Origin: an uncultured bacterium
GTDB lineage: Bacteria > Lernaellota > Lernaellaia > Lernaellales > Lernaellaceae
Direction: 5' to 3'
NCBI GenBank assembly: GCA_964534375.1
Contig: CAZHPN010000005.1
Span: 2,676-66,675 of the forward strand
DNA: 64,000 nt
This document shows, piece by piece, positions 26,486-36,667 of this stretch. A program made the translations under genes and the position numbers. Every line of letters begins with the position of its first letter. Position 1 is the first letter of the stretch. The notes beneath the pieces were generated by a model that searched no databases, was not told the DNA's origin, and saw only the letters and a program-made list of their open reading frames with translations.

Positions 26486-26984
26486 CGACGATCTCCGCGA
26501 CGTGATTTTGAAACTGATCGCCGACGCCTTCCCGCGCGAAGTGTGGCGCCGCGAGATCGATCGCGCGCTCGCCGGTCGCGCCGAAGATAAGGAAATCCTT
26601 GCGGGCTTGAATTATCTGCACGACGAAGGCGGCCCGGAGTTCGTGTCCTGGCGCAAGGCCGGCCACGAATGGGCCTATTCGCTCACGGCCGCCGGCTGCC
26701 GCGCGACGGTATGCTGCGATATGCAGACCGCGCTTGTCGCCGGCAACGTCATCGAGCTTCTCTTCGGCCAATATCCGCATCACGTTTCCGACAAACGCCT
26801 GACCGGCGCCCTGCTCGCGAAGCTCGGCATGAGCGGCTTCGATCGCGAGCGCCTGGCGAAGGCGCTGCGCTATTTGGAGATTTCGAAATTCGTGCTCGTG
26901 GAGGACGAAGGCGTCAAACTCGCGCCGCTCGGCGTTGACCTGGTCGATGGGGCCCTGACCGACGAAGGCGTCACATTGCTTTGA
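26478..26984 (+). CDS. Hypothetical late protein
   Basis: 168 aa from the internal ATG. Confidence 0.4.
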   Translation: MNNDDLRDVILKLIADAFPREVWRREIDRALAGRAEDKEILAGLNYLHDEGGPEFVSWRKAGHEWAYSLTAAGCRATVCCDMQTALVAGNVIELLFGQYPHHVSDKRLTGALLAKLGMSGFDRERLAKALRYLEISKFVLVEDEGVKLAPLGVDLVDGALTDEGVTLL

Positions 26985-27739
26985 AAAAAGACCGCCGCCA
27001 ACCCCCGACCGAACTGCGCGCGCTCGCGACCGTCTCGCGGCGGTCGATGCGCCGCGATTCGACGATCGCACAATTTCCCGCGGAAATTTACGCCGAGTTT
27101 TATCGGCGGTTCACCGAGGGCGAGGGATATCGGGAAATCTGCGTGGCGGTCAATCTCATTGTCGATGCCTACAACGGCGTCGATCCGCGGCCGGCGAAGC
27201 TCGTGCCGCACCTGACGGAATCGGCGATCAGCCGTTGGTGGAAAAACAAGGAAGGCCCGGCCGCGGCCGAGGCCGCCAAACGCACGGCGGAAATCAAACG
27301 GCTGCGCGACCAGATCGCGACCGCCAAGGACGGCGGCGACCCCTACGACCTCATCATGAATTGGGCGCAGATGACCATGCTCAAAAAGGGGCAGGGTCTG
27401 GAACGCGTCGAAACCGAAGATCTCGGCTGGCTGCTCGCCGAACTGAAAAAGCAGGAAATCAAGCGCGACGAAATGGACATCAAACGCCAGCGCCTCGAAC
27501 TCGACACGCAGCGCCTCAAGCAAACAATCGCGCAATATCAGCAAAAACTCGCCGCCGACAACAATCTCGAACTGCCGCCGGCGTCCAAGGTTTTCGATTT
27601 CGTCGCCGGCAAGATTCTCGGCATTTTGGGCACGTGGGAAGAAGTGCAGCCGCTGCTCGACAAGCACGGCCGCGGCATCGCGAAACGGCTGGCGACGGAA
27701 GCCGAGCGCTTCGATTACGGCGAGGCGCTCAATGCTTAA
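26981..27739 (+). CDS. DUF3486-like protein (Mu gp27 position, terminase small subunit candidate)
   Basis: 252 aa, TTG start, with a charged coiled-coil C-terminus; immediately upstream of the terminase large subunit. Confidence 0.5.
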   Translation: MKKDRRQPPTELRALATVSRRSMRRDSTIAQFPAEIYAEFYRRFTEGEGYREICVAVNLIVDAYNGVDPRPAKLVPHLTESAISRWWKNKEGPAAAEAAKRTAEIKRLRDQIATAKDGGDPYDLIMNWAQMTMLKKGQGLERVETEDLGWLLAELKKQEIKRDEMDIKRQRLELDTQRLKQTIAQYQQKLAADNNLELPPASKVFDFVAGKILGILGTWEEVQPLLDKHGRGIAKRLATEAERFDYGEALNA

Positions 27740-29354
27740 GCGCCAATTGCCGAAACAGGCCCGCATCAACGCCGCGATCTCGATGTTCCTGGCGCTGCTC
27801 GATTTCGCCGACCAAAAACAAGACCGCGTGCCGGGCATCGGCAAGATGCTCGAAACCTACGACACGGCGCACGCGATCGCGGATTGGGGCCGCAAGTATT
27901 GTCCGCATTTGCTGCGCAGCCAAAAGACCGGCAAAGAGACGCCATTCGCCACGATTCATTTCGTGCTTTTCGCCGCGCTGCTTTATGCGCAGCGCGTCCT
28001 CGTCGTGCTGCCCCGCGGCTTTGGCAAATCGATTATCTGCACCGTGATTTATCCGCTTTATTGCATCTGCCGGAAGAAAAAACGTTACATCATGATCGGC
28101 TCGTATGTCGCGGCGAACGCGCAAAAAATGGTCTACACGTTGCGCGCCGAACTGGAACACAACCCGCAGATCAAGCGCGATTATGGCAATCTGAAAACCG
28201 AATCCGACCGTTGGACGGACGAATATTTTATTACCACCGACGATGTTGTCGTCGAGGCGATCTATTACGGAAAAGGCGACGTGCGCGGCTCGCGTTATAT
28301 CAACGTGCGGCCCGAGCTTGTCGTTTTGGACGATCTGCAAACCAAAGAGCAGGCCAAAAATCCGGAGCGCTGCCGCGACCTCGTGGCGTGGATTTATGAC
28401 GAAATCGCCAAGCTCTATATCGACGTGCAAATCATCGTCGTCGGCACGATCGTCGAAGACGGCGATGCGATCTGCCAACTGATCGAAGACGCCGAGTTGC
28501 TCCACGATGTGGACGGCATCATGGCCGGCCTGCATTCGTCCGAGCCGATCGCTGCGCGGCGCTTCCGCCTGGTCATGTGCGAGGCCTCGGACGCCGAGGT
28601 TTCCTATTCGGCGTGGCCGGCAATGTTCCCCGTCGAAACGCTCGCGGCGATGCGGGCCGAAAACGAAGCGAGTTACGATCAGGAAATGCGGCATCTGCCG
28701 CGGTCGCGCCTGACGCGGGATTTCCACACTTTCCATTATTACGACCGCCGCGAACTCGACGGCCTGCCGCTGCAAATTTTCACCGGCTTCGACCTCATCC
28801 CGGGCATCACCAATCTGCGCGAGCGGCGCGGCAAAGACACCGACTATTACGCCCGCTGCGCCTTGGCCCGCACGGCGTTGCGGCCCCGCGACCTCTATGT
28901 TTACAGCCTCTATCGCCTGCGCGAGGCGACGAAGGCGCAGATGGTCGCCGACGCGCTCGATAACTATAAAGAGCTTCGGGCGATCGATCCGACGGTGCGG
29001 ATTCGCGGCGAGGCGAACACCTTTCAGGTTTGGTTCCTCGACGAACTGGCGGCAGCCGCGGCCGACGAGGGATTGTATCCGCCGATCGACGCAATCAATT
29101 CCAAAGGCGACAAGATCGACCGCATCACGTCGATGGACACGGCCGTCAATACCGGCCGCATGAAGTTCCTGCGCGGCGACCCGATGCAGGAAATCCTCAT
29201 CGCCGAGCTTCGCCATATCCGCAACGCCCGCGTGCATGACGATTGCGCCGACGCCTTGCAGGAAGCCTACGACCAGGCGCTCGCGAATCGCGCCGCGCCC
29301 GGCAGCGCCGAGGCCGCCGTCAACAAACGCCCGCGAAAAGCGATGGGGTTTTAA
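27732..29354 (+). CDS. Terminase large subunit (Mu gp28-like)
   Basis: Walker A VVLPRGFGKS and Walker B LVVLDD; 540 aa. Confidence 0.8.
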   Translation: MLKRQLPKQARINAAISMFLALLDFADQKQDRVPGIGKMLETYDTAHAIADWGRKYCPHLLRSQKTGKETPFATIHFVLFAALLYAQRVLVVLPRGFGKSIICTVIYPLYCICRKKKRYIMIGSYVAANAQKMVYTLRAELEHNPQIKRDYGNLKTESDRWTDEYFITTDDVVVEAIYYGKGDVRGSRYINVRPELVVLDDLQTKEQAKNPERCRDLVAWIYDEIAKLYIDVQIIVVGTIVEDGDAICQLIEDAELLHDVDGIMAGLHSSEPIAARRFRLVMCEASDAEVSYSAWPAMFPVETLAAMRAENEASYDQEMRHLPRSRLTRDFHTFHYYDRRELDGLPLQIFTGFDLIPGITNLRERRGKDTDYYARCALARTALRPRDLYVYSLYRLREATKAQMVADALDNYKELRAIDPTVRIRGEANTFQVWFLDELAAAAADEGLYPPIDAINSKGDKIDRITSMDTAVNTGRMKFLRGDPMQEILIAELRHIRNARVHDDCADALQEAYDQALANRAAPGSAEAAVNKRPRKAMGF

Positions 29355-31856
29355 GTGTCGCAGCTCGTCGACCAGTTCGGGCAGCCGATCAAACCGGCGC
29401 AACTGACCGCGCCGATGCGGCCGGACCAGACGCTGACGACGCAGCGCCGTTTGTGGCGGCAGGCGACGATCGAGCCGACGGAAGTTTTCAACGCGGTCAT
29501 GCGCGCGGAAATCGGCGAGACCGTTTATCTGCAAGACCTGTTGTTCCGCATTTCCTTCGATTCGCGCGTTACCTCCGACAGCGAAAAACGGGTCGGCAAG
29601 CTCGAGCTGGTCGATTTCGGCGTGAGCCCGTTCGAGACGCCGGCGGACCCGGCGAACGATCGCGAGCAGATGATCGCGGATTTCTGCGCCGAGGCGATCG
29701 ATCGCATTCCGAATTTCGGCGGCGCCCGGGCGCACCTGGGCGGCGGGCGGCTCTATGGCTGGCGCGTTTGCGAAATGCGGTGGGACCATCGCACGAGCAA
29801 GGGCACGAAATGGCTGCTGCCCGTCGAGCTGCGCGAACGCCGCACGCGCGATTTCCGGCCGAACCCTGCCGATCATTCGCAGTTCCAACGCTGGGTCGGC
29901 CTCGGCTCGCAGATCGTCGAAAATCAAAAGCCGTTGAACCCGCAGACGTTCGGTTGGGCGCCGCTCGAACCGGCGCGGTATCTGGTCAACTGGTTCACCA
30001 ACGATGGGTCGGCCATGCTCGCCGGCCTTTATATCAAGCTGGTTTTCCCGGTGCTCGCGATCAATTGGACGCTGACGCAGTGGGGCGAACTGCTCGAATT
30101 GTTCGGCAAGGGCTCGGCCGATGTCACCTATGACGCGGTGAAAGGCGGCGAGCAAAACACGGCCAATGCCATCGCCGAAGGCAGCGGCACGCCGCTTTGG
30201 ACCGCGATGAATTCGGCATATTCGATCAAGCGCGAAATCATGACCGGCCGCGCGACCCACGCCGACTTTCACGACCGTGCGAAAAAAGCCGTCAGCGAAG
30301 TGCTGCTCGGCTCGCAACTGACGACGGACCAGGGCACGGTCGGCAGCCAGGCGCTCGGCAACGTGCATGCGCAGGAACTCGACGATCTGCGGGCGCGCGA
30401 CGCCAAGCACCTGGCCGAATGCTGCCTGACCGAGCAACTCGTCAAGGCGATCGTCATTATCAATTTCGGGCCGCAAGAGCGGTATCCCTATGCCTGGCTG
30501 AATTATAAAAAACCGGCCGACCTCAAGCTCGAAATGGCGACCGATACCGGTCTGCATCAGATTGGCGTGCCCCTGTCGAAATCCGACACGTACCAGCGCT
30601 ACAACCGGCAGCCGCCGAGCGGGCCGGACGACACGCTGGCGCCGGGCAATAATACCAATGCGGCTGCGGCTGCGGCTGCGGAAAACAATGGGGGCGCGGG
30701 CGGACAGACCTTTGTCGCCCGACCCGCGCCCCGCCGATTCTCCGCCGGCAACGACGGCGGCGGCGACGGCGACACGGCGGCGCCCGACGAAATTCTCGCC
30801 CTCGATGCGCGCCTGCAATCCGAGGCAATCGCGGCGATCGAGGACGCGCCGTCGCTGACCGCGGCCGAAGCGGCGCTACGCGACCTGATGGCGGCCGTCG
30901 AAATCTCTCACACCGGCCGCGTCGCCTACGAGCTTTACCGCGTGCAGGCGCTGGCGCATTTGGCCGGCATTTGGTCGGACATGCGCGACCACGGCGAGAC
31001 GCCGGCGAGGCCGCGCAGCGCGCTATGGCTGCCCCACCGCGCGCGCCTGGCGCGTCTCTGCAAGCTCGGCGATCTGCGGGCTGACGGCCTCGCCTCCGTA
31101 AGCGGACGCGCGTTTGCAACCGTCATCGACGAATGGGCCGACGTGCCGATGCAAGAGGCAATCGATTACTTCGAGCGCAAGGGCATCGTGTCGGCCGACG
31201 AATGGGCCGCGCTCGATGATGCCTACAAACATCGGGGCTTTTTTGCCGCGAAAATCGGTACGGGCGAAGAATTAAAGACCGCTTATGACGCCATTAACAA
31301 CGCTTTAAAAACCGGGGCGGCGCGCGATAGCGTCGTGCGCGATCTGCGCGCGAAACTCGCCAATCCGCCCTCAACATCCTATTTGCGATTTTTGTTCGAT
31401 GAAAACGTCGGCACGGCGCAGGCGTTCGGCCGCTATGCCCGGCAGGAAAAAACCAAGGCCGACCGTCCCTACGGCCGTTACGTGACGATGGGCGACGGCC
31501 GCGTGCGCGCGCGGCACGCCGCGGCGCATGGCGTCGTCAAGCATTTGGATCATCCCTGGTGGCAGCGCAACACGCCAAAAAACGGCTACCGCTGCCGCTG
31601 CGAGAGGAACACCTACACGGCCGCCGATCTGGCCGCGCATGGTTGGTCCGAAACGCCGGGCACGCCGCCGGACGTTTGCGATCCGGGCTTCATGCACACG
31701 ATGAGCGCGGCGGCCGGCGCCGACGAACGCTTGAACGCGCTGGTCGCGCAGTCGCACGAAGACGGCCTGCTCAGCGGTTATGACGTTCCCGCGATTATCA
31801 CATTCGGTTCGGACAAAGGCCGGCCGATCATCGTCGGACAAAGGAAGGCGCAATGA
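29355..31856 (+). CDS. Portal protein (DUF935-like) fused to a Mu-F-like head-morphogenesis domain
   Basis: 833 aa. The C-terminal RVRARHAAAHGVVKHLDHPWWQRNTPKNGYRCRCER matches the Phage_Mu_F signature (RvR..H..dG ... GCRCr). The N-terminal ~520 aa is of portal size and position. Confidence 0.75.
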   Translation: MSQLVDQFGQPIKPAQLTAPMRPDQTLTTQRRLWRQATIEPTEVFNAVMRAEIGETVYLQDLLFRISFDSRVTSDSEKRVGKLELVDFGVSPFETPADPANDREQMIADFCAEAIDRIPNFGGARAHLGGGRLYGWRVCEMRWDHRTSKGTKWLLPVELRERRTRDFRPNPADHSQFQRWVGLGSQIVENQKPLNPQTFGWAPLEPARYLVNWFTNDGSAMLAGLYIKLVFPVLAINWTLTQWGELLELFGKGSADVTYDAVKGGEQNTANAIAEGSGTPLWTAMNSAYSIKREIMTGRATHADFHDRAKKAVSEVLLGSQLTTDQGTVGSQALGNVHAQELDDLRARDAKHLAECCLTEQLVKAIVIINFGPQERYPYAWLNYKKPADLKLEMATDTGLHQIGVPLSKSDTYQRYNRQPPSGPDDTLAPGNNTNAAAAAAAENNGGAGGQTFVARPAPRRFSAGNDGGGDGDTAAPDEILALDARLQSEAIAAIEDAPSLTAAEAALRDLMAAVEISHTGRVAYELYRVQALAHLAGIWSDMRDHGETPARPRSALWLPHRARLARLCKLGDLRADGLASVSGRAFATVIDEWADVPMQEAIDYFERKGIVSADEWAALDDAYKHRGFFAAKIGTGEELKTAYDAINNALKTGAARDSVVRDLRAKLANPPSTSYLRFLFDENVGTAQAFGRYARQEKTKADRPYGRYVTMGDGRVRARHAAAHGVVKHLDHPWWQRNTPKNGYRCRCERNTYTAADLAAHGWSETPGTPPDVCDPGFMHTMSAAAGADERLNALVAQSHEDGLLSGYDVPAIITFGSDKGRPIIVGQRKAQ

Positions 31857-33028
31857 GCAAGCGGTATTTCGTCGATTGCCAAAATGAAAAAGGCGAACGC
31901 CGCCGGTTCTTTTATTTCGGCCAGCCGCTGGCCGAATCCAACTCGGCGCCCAACGAAATGCCGGTTATCGCCGAGGGTCAATATTACGATTATTGGGACG
32001 AATCGGTTCCCACGATCGTCATCGATCAGCAATGGTTCGATGCGGTGCTCGAATGCCATGCCTACGACGCCGAGCACGGCGTCTTCGTGGCGATCGATAA
32101 GAATCATCAGCTTGCTTATGGCGACCGCGACGCCGAGGCGCTCGGTTTCGCCACGCTCGAACTGCGCGGCCAGGCCCCGGAGCGCGTGCTCTGGGTCGTG
32201 ATGAAGAAATGGACGGACGACGGCGCGGCGACGGCGGCTCGCGGCGGCCTTCCCTACACCTCGGCCGCGCCGATGGATACGCCGCATCCGGCGCTCGGCG
32301 TCCAACCGTGGATGCCCACCGTCGCCATCTGCGGCAGCCCCTACATGCGTAACGTCGGCCCCTACGTCGCGATGACCGCGGGCGGAAAGGGCCGCAAACG
32401 ACAGGAGGACGAGATGAAGAGATTGTTTGCGGTCCTCAAGCTGGGCGACAACGCCACCGAGGACCAGGTGCTCGAACGGATCGCGCCGCTCAACGTGCGC
32501 GCGCAAGCGTTCACGGCGATGGCGACCGGCGCGGGCCTGACGGAAGCGGCGACGGGCGAACAAGTCGTCGCGGCGATCGCCGCCGGCGCGGTGCGGCCGT
32601 TCGCGCTCGCCGTGGACCTCGCGGCCGACGCCAAGGCCGACGAAGTGCTCGCGAAGGTCAAGGCGTTCGGGCTCGCGGCGAAGGCGGCCGGCGAGCAGGC
32701 GACGAACGTCGCCAATCTCCAGGTGCGGCTCGACGAGCAAGACGCGAAGGCGCTGAAAAAGTCGGCCGAGCAGTATCTCGCCGGCGAGCCGCTCAAGGCG
32801 TTTTGCCTCGACGTGGACAAAGACCTCGCGGGCGCGAAGAAAACGTTCGCCATGCTGTCGAATATTCTGCCGAAGCTGCCGCTCGGCGCGGCGGCCGACG
32901 GCGGCTCCGCTCCCGCCGGGGCGCAAACGTTCACGGCCGACGAAATCGCGCTGTGCATGCAAATTCACGGCTTCACGGCGGCGAAGGCTCAGGAATTCCT
33001 CAGCAAACACGCCCCGAAAACGGCGTAG
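31853..33028 (+). CDS. Head maturation protease / scaffold (Mu gpI-Z-like)
   Basis: Called on position after portal/F. The C-terminal half is an Ala/Lys/Glu-rich coiled coil typical of scaffolding domains. Confidence 0.5.
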   Translation: MSKRYFVDCQNEKGERRRFFYFGQPLAESNSAPNEMPVIAEGQYYDYWDESVPTIVIDQQWFDAVLECHAYDAEHGVFVAIDKNHQLAYGDRDAEALGFATLELRGQAPERVLWVVMKKWTDDGAATAARGGLPYTSAAPMDTPHPALGVQPWMPTVAICGSPYMRNVGPYVAMTAGGKGRKRQEDEMKRLFAVLKLGDNATEDQVLERIAPLNVRAQAFTAMATGAGLTEAATGEQVVAAIAAGAVRPFALAVDLAADAKADEVLAKVKAFGLAAKAAGEQATNVANLQVRLDEQDAKALKKSAEQYLAGEPLKAFCLDVDKDLAGAKKTFAMLSNILPKLPLGAAADGGSAPAGAQTFTADEIALCMQIHGFTAAKAQEFLSKHAPKTA

Positions 33029-33043
33029 GAAGGACGGCGCAAC

Positions 33044-33877
33044 ATGCAGATCCAAAACATCGGCCGCCCGGCCAAGCTGTACGACGTGCAATACATCAGC
33101 GGCATTCCCGTGGCCGCCGGCGAGCACATCTTCGAGAACTCGGGCGTCGATATCCGCGGCGGCTATGCCTATGCCGCGACGGGCAATCCGACCGGGCTGC
33201 AATGGTCCGGCCTCGTCGCCGACGCCGAGGTCGATAACACGGGCGGCGCGAACGGCGCGGCGACCATCACCCTGAAGGCGTTCGGCATTTTCCTGTGGAC
33301 GAACTCGACGGCCAATCCGCTGGTCGCGGCCAACCTCGGCCAGAAGGTGCGGTTCGAAGACAACGACACGATGACGCTGGCCGGCAACGGCGGCGTCGCC
33401 GGCATTTTCGTCGGCTTCGGCGGCCCCGCCAACACCCTGGTATGGGTCAAGATGACGAGCGAACCGATCATCGCCCGCGGCCAGATCGCGGCCGACGTTT
33501 TCGGCGCGGGCCTGGCGCTCGATGCCAACGCGCGCATCACCACGTCGGCGTTGGCCACGCCGGCGACGCGCTTCGCCGATCCGCAAACGGTCGGCGCCGG
33601 CGCGATCGCGCTCGCGGCCGGCTGCGATTTCTTCCCGTTGCAAGCCGCCGCGCCGGCGAATCTCGCCGACGCGAATGTCCCGGCCGTCGTGCCCGGCCGC
33701 GAGATCACGCTGTTCGGCACGGACAATGTCAACACCATCACCATTCCCGCCACGCTCGCCGCGGTGAAGCTCGCCGGCGGCGCGTCGGCCACGCTCGGCG
33801 AGGGCTCGAATCTGACGCTGGTCGGCATCAATGCCGGCGGCTCGACCTGGTGGCAGGAGAAAGGCCGCGCGCTCTAG
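33044..33877 (+). CDS. Gly/Ala/Thr-rich beta-type structural protein (decoration or accessory head protein candidate)
   Basis: 277 aa, lies between the protease/scaffold and major head genes. Confidence 0.4.
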   Translation: MQIQNIGRPAKLYDVQYISGIPVAAGEHIFENSGVDIRGGYAYAATGNPTGLQWSGLVADAEVDNTGGANGAATITLKAFGIFLWTNSTANPLVAANLGQKVRFEDNDTMTLAGNGGVAGIFVGFGGPANTLVWVKMTSEPIIARGQIAADVFGAGLALDANARITTSALATPATRFADPQTVGAGAIALAAGCDFFPLQAAAPANLADANVPAVVPGREITLFGTDNVNTITIPATLAAVKLAGGASATLGEGSNLTLVGINAGGSTWWQEKGRAL

Positions 33878-33895
33878 CGCGGAAAGGAGACGCTC

Positions 33896-34360
33896 ATGAA
33901 AAACCTAACCTTGATTCTTTCGGTTTTCGCGCTGCTCGTCGCCGGGGCGATCGCGGCTCTCGATTGGCCATCGCCGGCGAACGCCGTGCAGACCGCCCCG
34001 CAGATCGACCATAGCGTCAACTTGCAGGTCGGCGGCAGCGTGCGGCTCGATTACGCGACCGCCTCGACGCCGCCGCTGATCGACGCGGGCAACCAACTGG
34101 TCTCCGGCGGCTTCTACGTTCGTTCGGCCAGCACGGCGACCTGCGCGAGCGTGTGTTCGCCCGGAATTTGCGCGTTCGGCCAGGTCACTTCGACGACTCT
34201 CCTGGCCGCCTGTTCGGCAAGCATCAGCGGTTCGTGCGTCTGCCTGACGACAACCGGCGACGACGACAACGACGATAACGACGACAACGACAATGACGAC
34301 AACGATAACGACGATAACGATAACGACGACAACAACGACAACGACGGTTCGCCCGCGTAA
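33896..34360 (+). CDS. Secreted Cys-rich small protein with C-terminal poly-Asp/Asn tail (moron inside the head module)
   Basis: Sec signal peptide MKNLTLILSVFALLVAGAIAALDWPSPANA; 9 Cys; C-terminal DDDNDDNDDNDNDDNDNDDNDNDDNNDND. Confidence 0.5.
   Translation: MKNLTLILSVFALLVAGAIAALDWPSPANAVQTAPQIDHSVNLQVGGSVRLDYATASTPPLIDAGNQLVSGGFYVRSASTATCASVCSPGICAFGQVTSTTLLAACSASISGSCVCLTTTGDDDNDDNDDNDNDDNDNDDNDNDDNNDNDGSPA
34259..34345 (+). repeat. GAC/AAC trinucleotide tandem repeat (poly-Asp/Asn)
   Basis: ~29 consecutive GAC/GAT/AAC/AAT codons. Confidence 0.9.
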
Positions 34361-34380
34361 GCGGAGAAAGGATTCGGACC

Positions 34381-35391
34381 ATGCCCAGCATTGTCAATTT
34401 TAACAAGCTCCTCGCCGCGCGAACGAACCTGATGGCGATCTTCAATCAGACGCCGCCGGTTCCGCGCCCGGAGGACACTCCCGAGCGGGAGTTCGTCGAC
34501 TGGTTCGGCACGCCGATCCTGCTGGTGGACGGCGCGTTCCTCGGCCTCGATCGCGCGCCGAAGGAATTCACCGAGCAGGGCCGCCAGTACGCCCAAATGA
34601 TCTTCGATCAATGGGTCATGTACTACAAAAAGTGGACCCAGAGCGTGAAGCTCGACGAAGACAGCGTGAAGCTGCTCAATGCGAAAATGGCGACGTGGAT
34701 GCGCACGGTGCAAAGCTGGCTGCCGGCCTACGCCCAGGCGCAATCGAATGCGGCGGGCCTCATGATCGCGAACGGCGAAAGCACGCCTTGCTATGACGGC
34801 CAGAACCTCTACGACACGGACCACCCGGGCTATTACCAGGGCGCGCCGACCCAGAGCAATCTGCTGCGCTGGAAGTTCTCCAAGGACGCGTTCTGGGACG
34901 CCATCCGCGTCTTCGAGGGCCTGATGGACCCGTTCTCGCCGGGCCTCTACATGAACCGCGTTTGCACGCACGTGCTCTACGCGAAGGACATCGAGGAGCA
35001 GGTCCTGACGGCGTTGCTCGCCGGCTACATCAGCGCGACGGAAAACGTCGCGCTGCGTTCGAAAAACATCAAGCCGGTCAAATGGCGGCAAATGCCGCCC
35101 GGGCAATTCGTGCTCGTCGATCGCCGCGCGGGCGCCGATGCGCCGTGCACCGGCGTGTACGATTCGGAAATCGGCGCGGGCCTGACGGCCGGCCTCGAAG
35201 GCACGACGGACATGGCCGCGGCCGAGGCGTTGAGGGCCGGGCGGCTCGAATGGCAGGAATCGGTGGACGAAGATTACTGGTTCGAACACCGCGCGATCAA
35301 GATCGGCACGTTCGGCGCGTATCAGATTCACGCCGGGCAGTGGACCACGTCGCTCAAATGCACCGGCGAAACCGCCTTCCCCGGATCGTGA
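34381..35391 (+). CDS. Major head subunit (Mu gpT-like)
   Basis: 336 aa, in the position after protease/scaffold and before the head-tail genes; size and composition consistent with the Mu_T family. Confidence 0.55.
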   Translation: MPSIVNFNKLLAARTNLMAIFNQTPPVPRPEDTPEREFVDWFGTPILLVDGAFLGLDRAPKEFTEQGRQYAQMIFDQWVMYYKKWTQSVKLDEDSVKLLNAKMATWMRTVQSWLPAYAQAQSNAAGLMIANGESTPCYDGQNLYDTDHPGYYQGAPTQSNLLRWKFSKDAFWDAIRVFEGLMDPFSPGLYMNRVCTHVLYAKDIEEQVLTALLAGYISATENVALRSKNIKPVKWRQMPPGQFVLVDRRAGADAPCTGVYDSEIGAGLTAGLEGTTDMAAAEALRAGRLEWQESVDEDYWFEHRAIKIGTFGAYQIHAGQWTTSLKCTGETAFPGS

Positions 35392-35401
35392 GGAGAAAAT
35401 C

Positions 35402-35596
35402 ATGGCGAAAAACAACGTTGCCGAGACCGGCCCGGATCAGGTCTTCGTGATTCACCTGAAACGCGAACGCGCCTATTGGCGCGGCGGCCACAAATGGACG
35501 ACGGAAGCGCAGACCGTGAACGGCAAAGACTTCACGGCGGAGCAATGGGGACAAATCGCGAAAGACCCGTTGCTCGTCATCGTCGAGAAAAAGTAA
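35402..35596 (+). CDS. Small head-associated protein
   Basis: 64-aa ORF directly after the major head gene. Confidence 0.35.
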   Translation: MAKNNVAETGPDQVFVIHLKRERAYWRGGHKWTTEAQTVNGKDFTAEQWGQIAKDPLLVIVEKK

Positions 35597-35645
35597 CAAC
35601 GGAGGGCCGGGCGGCCCTGCGAAGGGTCGCCCGGCCGGAGACGCA

Positions 35646-36098
35646 ATGGGCAATTATTGGGATACTCCGGAAGACATTTTGACCGTGATGACCCTCGCTC
35701 AGGTTGTCGAACTGAGCGCGGATCAGCCCGATCAAGACGGCGTTTATCGGCCCGATTGGAGCATCGTCGAAACCTTCCTGCGCGATGCGCAGGACAACAT
35801 CAACAATAAGCTGCGGCGGCGCGTGAACCTGCCGCTCGATGTTGTTCCAAATAGCGTGCGGCTCGACGTGAAGCGGCTTGCGAAGATCGGCCTGTTTCGC
35901 CGACGTGAAAAAGCAAACGACGATATGGGCAAAGAAGAAAAACGAATTCTGGACAAATATCAGGCGATCGCCGACGGCGACGACGAATTGGTCGGTGTGA
36001 CCGACCAGGGAAAAACGGCGTCCGGCATTTCCGGCGCGCAGGCCGCGGGCAACGCGCCGCAAACGATGTTCGGCAAGAAAAAGCCCTGGGGGTTTTAG
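35646..36098 (+). CDS. DUF1320-like head-tail connector protein (Mu gp36-like)
   Basis: 150 aa; LSADQPDQDGVYRPDWSIVETFLRDAQDNINNKLRRRVNLPL fits the DUF1320 pattern. Confidence 0.5.
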   Translation: MGNYWDTPEDILTVMTLAQVVELSADQPDQDGVYRPDWSIVETFLRDAQDNINNKLRRRVNLPLDVVPNSVRLDVKRLAKIGLFRRREKANDDMGKEEKRILDKYQAIADGDDELVGVTDQGKTASGISGAQAAGNAPQTMFGKKKPWGF

Positions 36099-36667
36099 TG
36101 TCTGACGCCTTCGAATTCATTGACGACAACATCCGCGCGCAAATCCGCGCGCGGATCGAATCGTTGAAAAGCCCCGAGCGGCTGTGGAACGCGGTCGGTG
36201 AACGCCTGGCGTCATCGATCGACGAGAACTTCGAGGTCGGCGGCCGGCCGAATCGCTGGGCCGCGGTGAAGCTCGAAACGCGCCTGATGGCCGCGGGCCT
36301 GCGCAGCAAGGCGCAATTGTTCGGCAAGCGCGGCGGCGTTCGCGCGAGCGATCTGAAAAAGGTTGCGCTGAAAAAAATTCTAGTGATGAGCGGCCGGCTC
36401 CGGCGGTCGATATCCTATTTCTTCCAAGGCCTATTGTTCATGATCGGCTCCAATCTGGTCTATGCCCGCATTCACCAACTCGGCGGCATGACCGGGTCGC
36501 GATATCACCCGTTCTATATGAAGCCGCGGCCGTACCTCGTCATTCAGGAGGAAGACAAAAAGGGCATTACCCAGATCGACGTTCCGCGCTGGCTCGAAAT
36601 ATCCGTGGCGATCGTATTGATCCTGTTGATCCTGTCGAAAAATGCCGTTATTCCGGAGGTCGCGTGA
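36098..36667 (+). CDS. Virion morphogenesis protein (Mu gpG-like)
   Basis: 189 aa; the N-terminal region RLWNAVGERLASSIDENFEVGGRPNRWAAVK resembles the gpG family. Confidence 0.5.
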   Translation: MSDAFEFIDDNIRAQIRARIESLKSPERLWNAVGERLASSIDENFEVGGRPNRWAAVKLETRLMAAGLRSKAQLFGKRGGVRASDLKKVALKKILVMSGRLRRSISYFFQGLLFMIGSNLVYARIHQLGGMTGSRYHPFYMKPRPYLVIQEEDKKGITQIDVPRWLEISVAIVLILLILSKNAVIPEVA

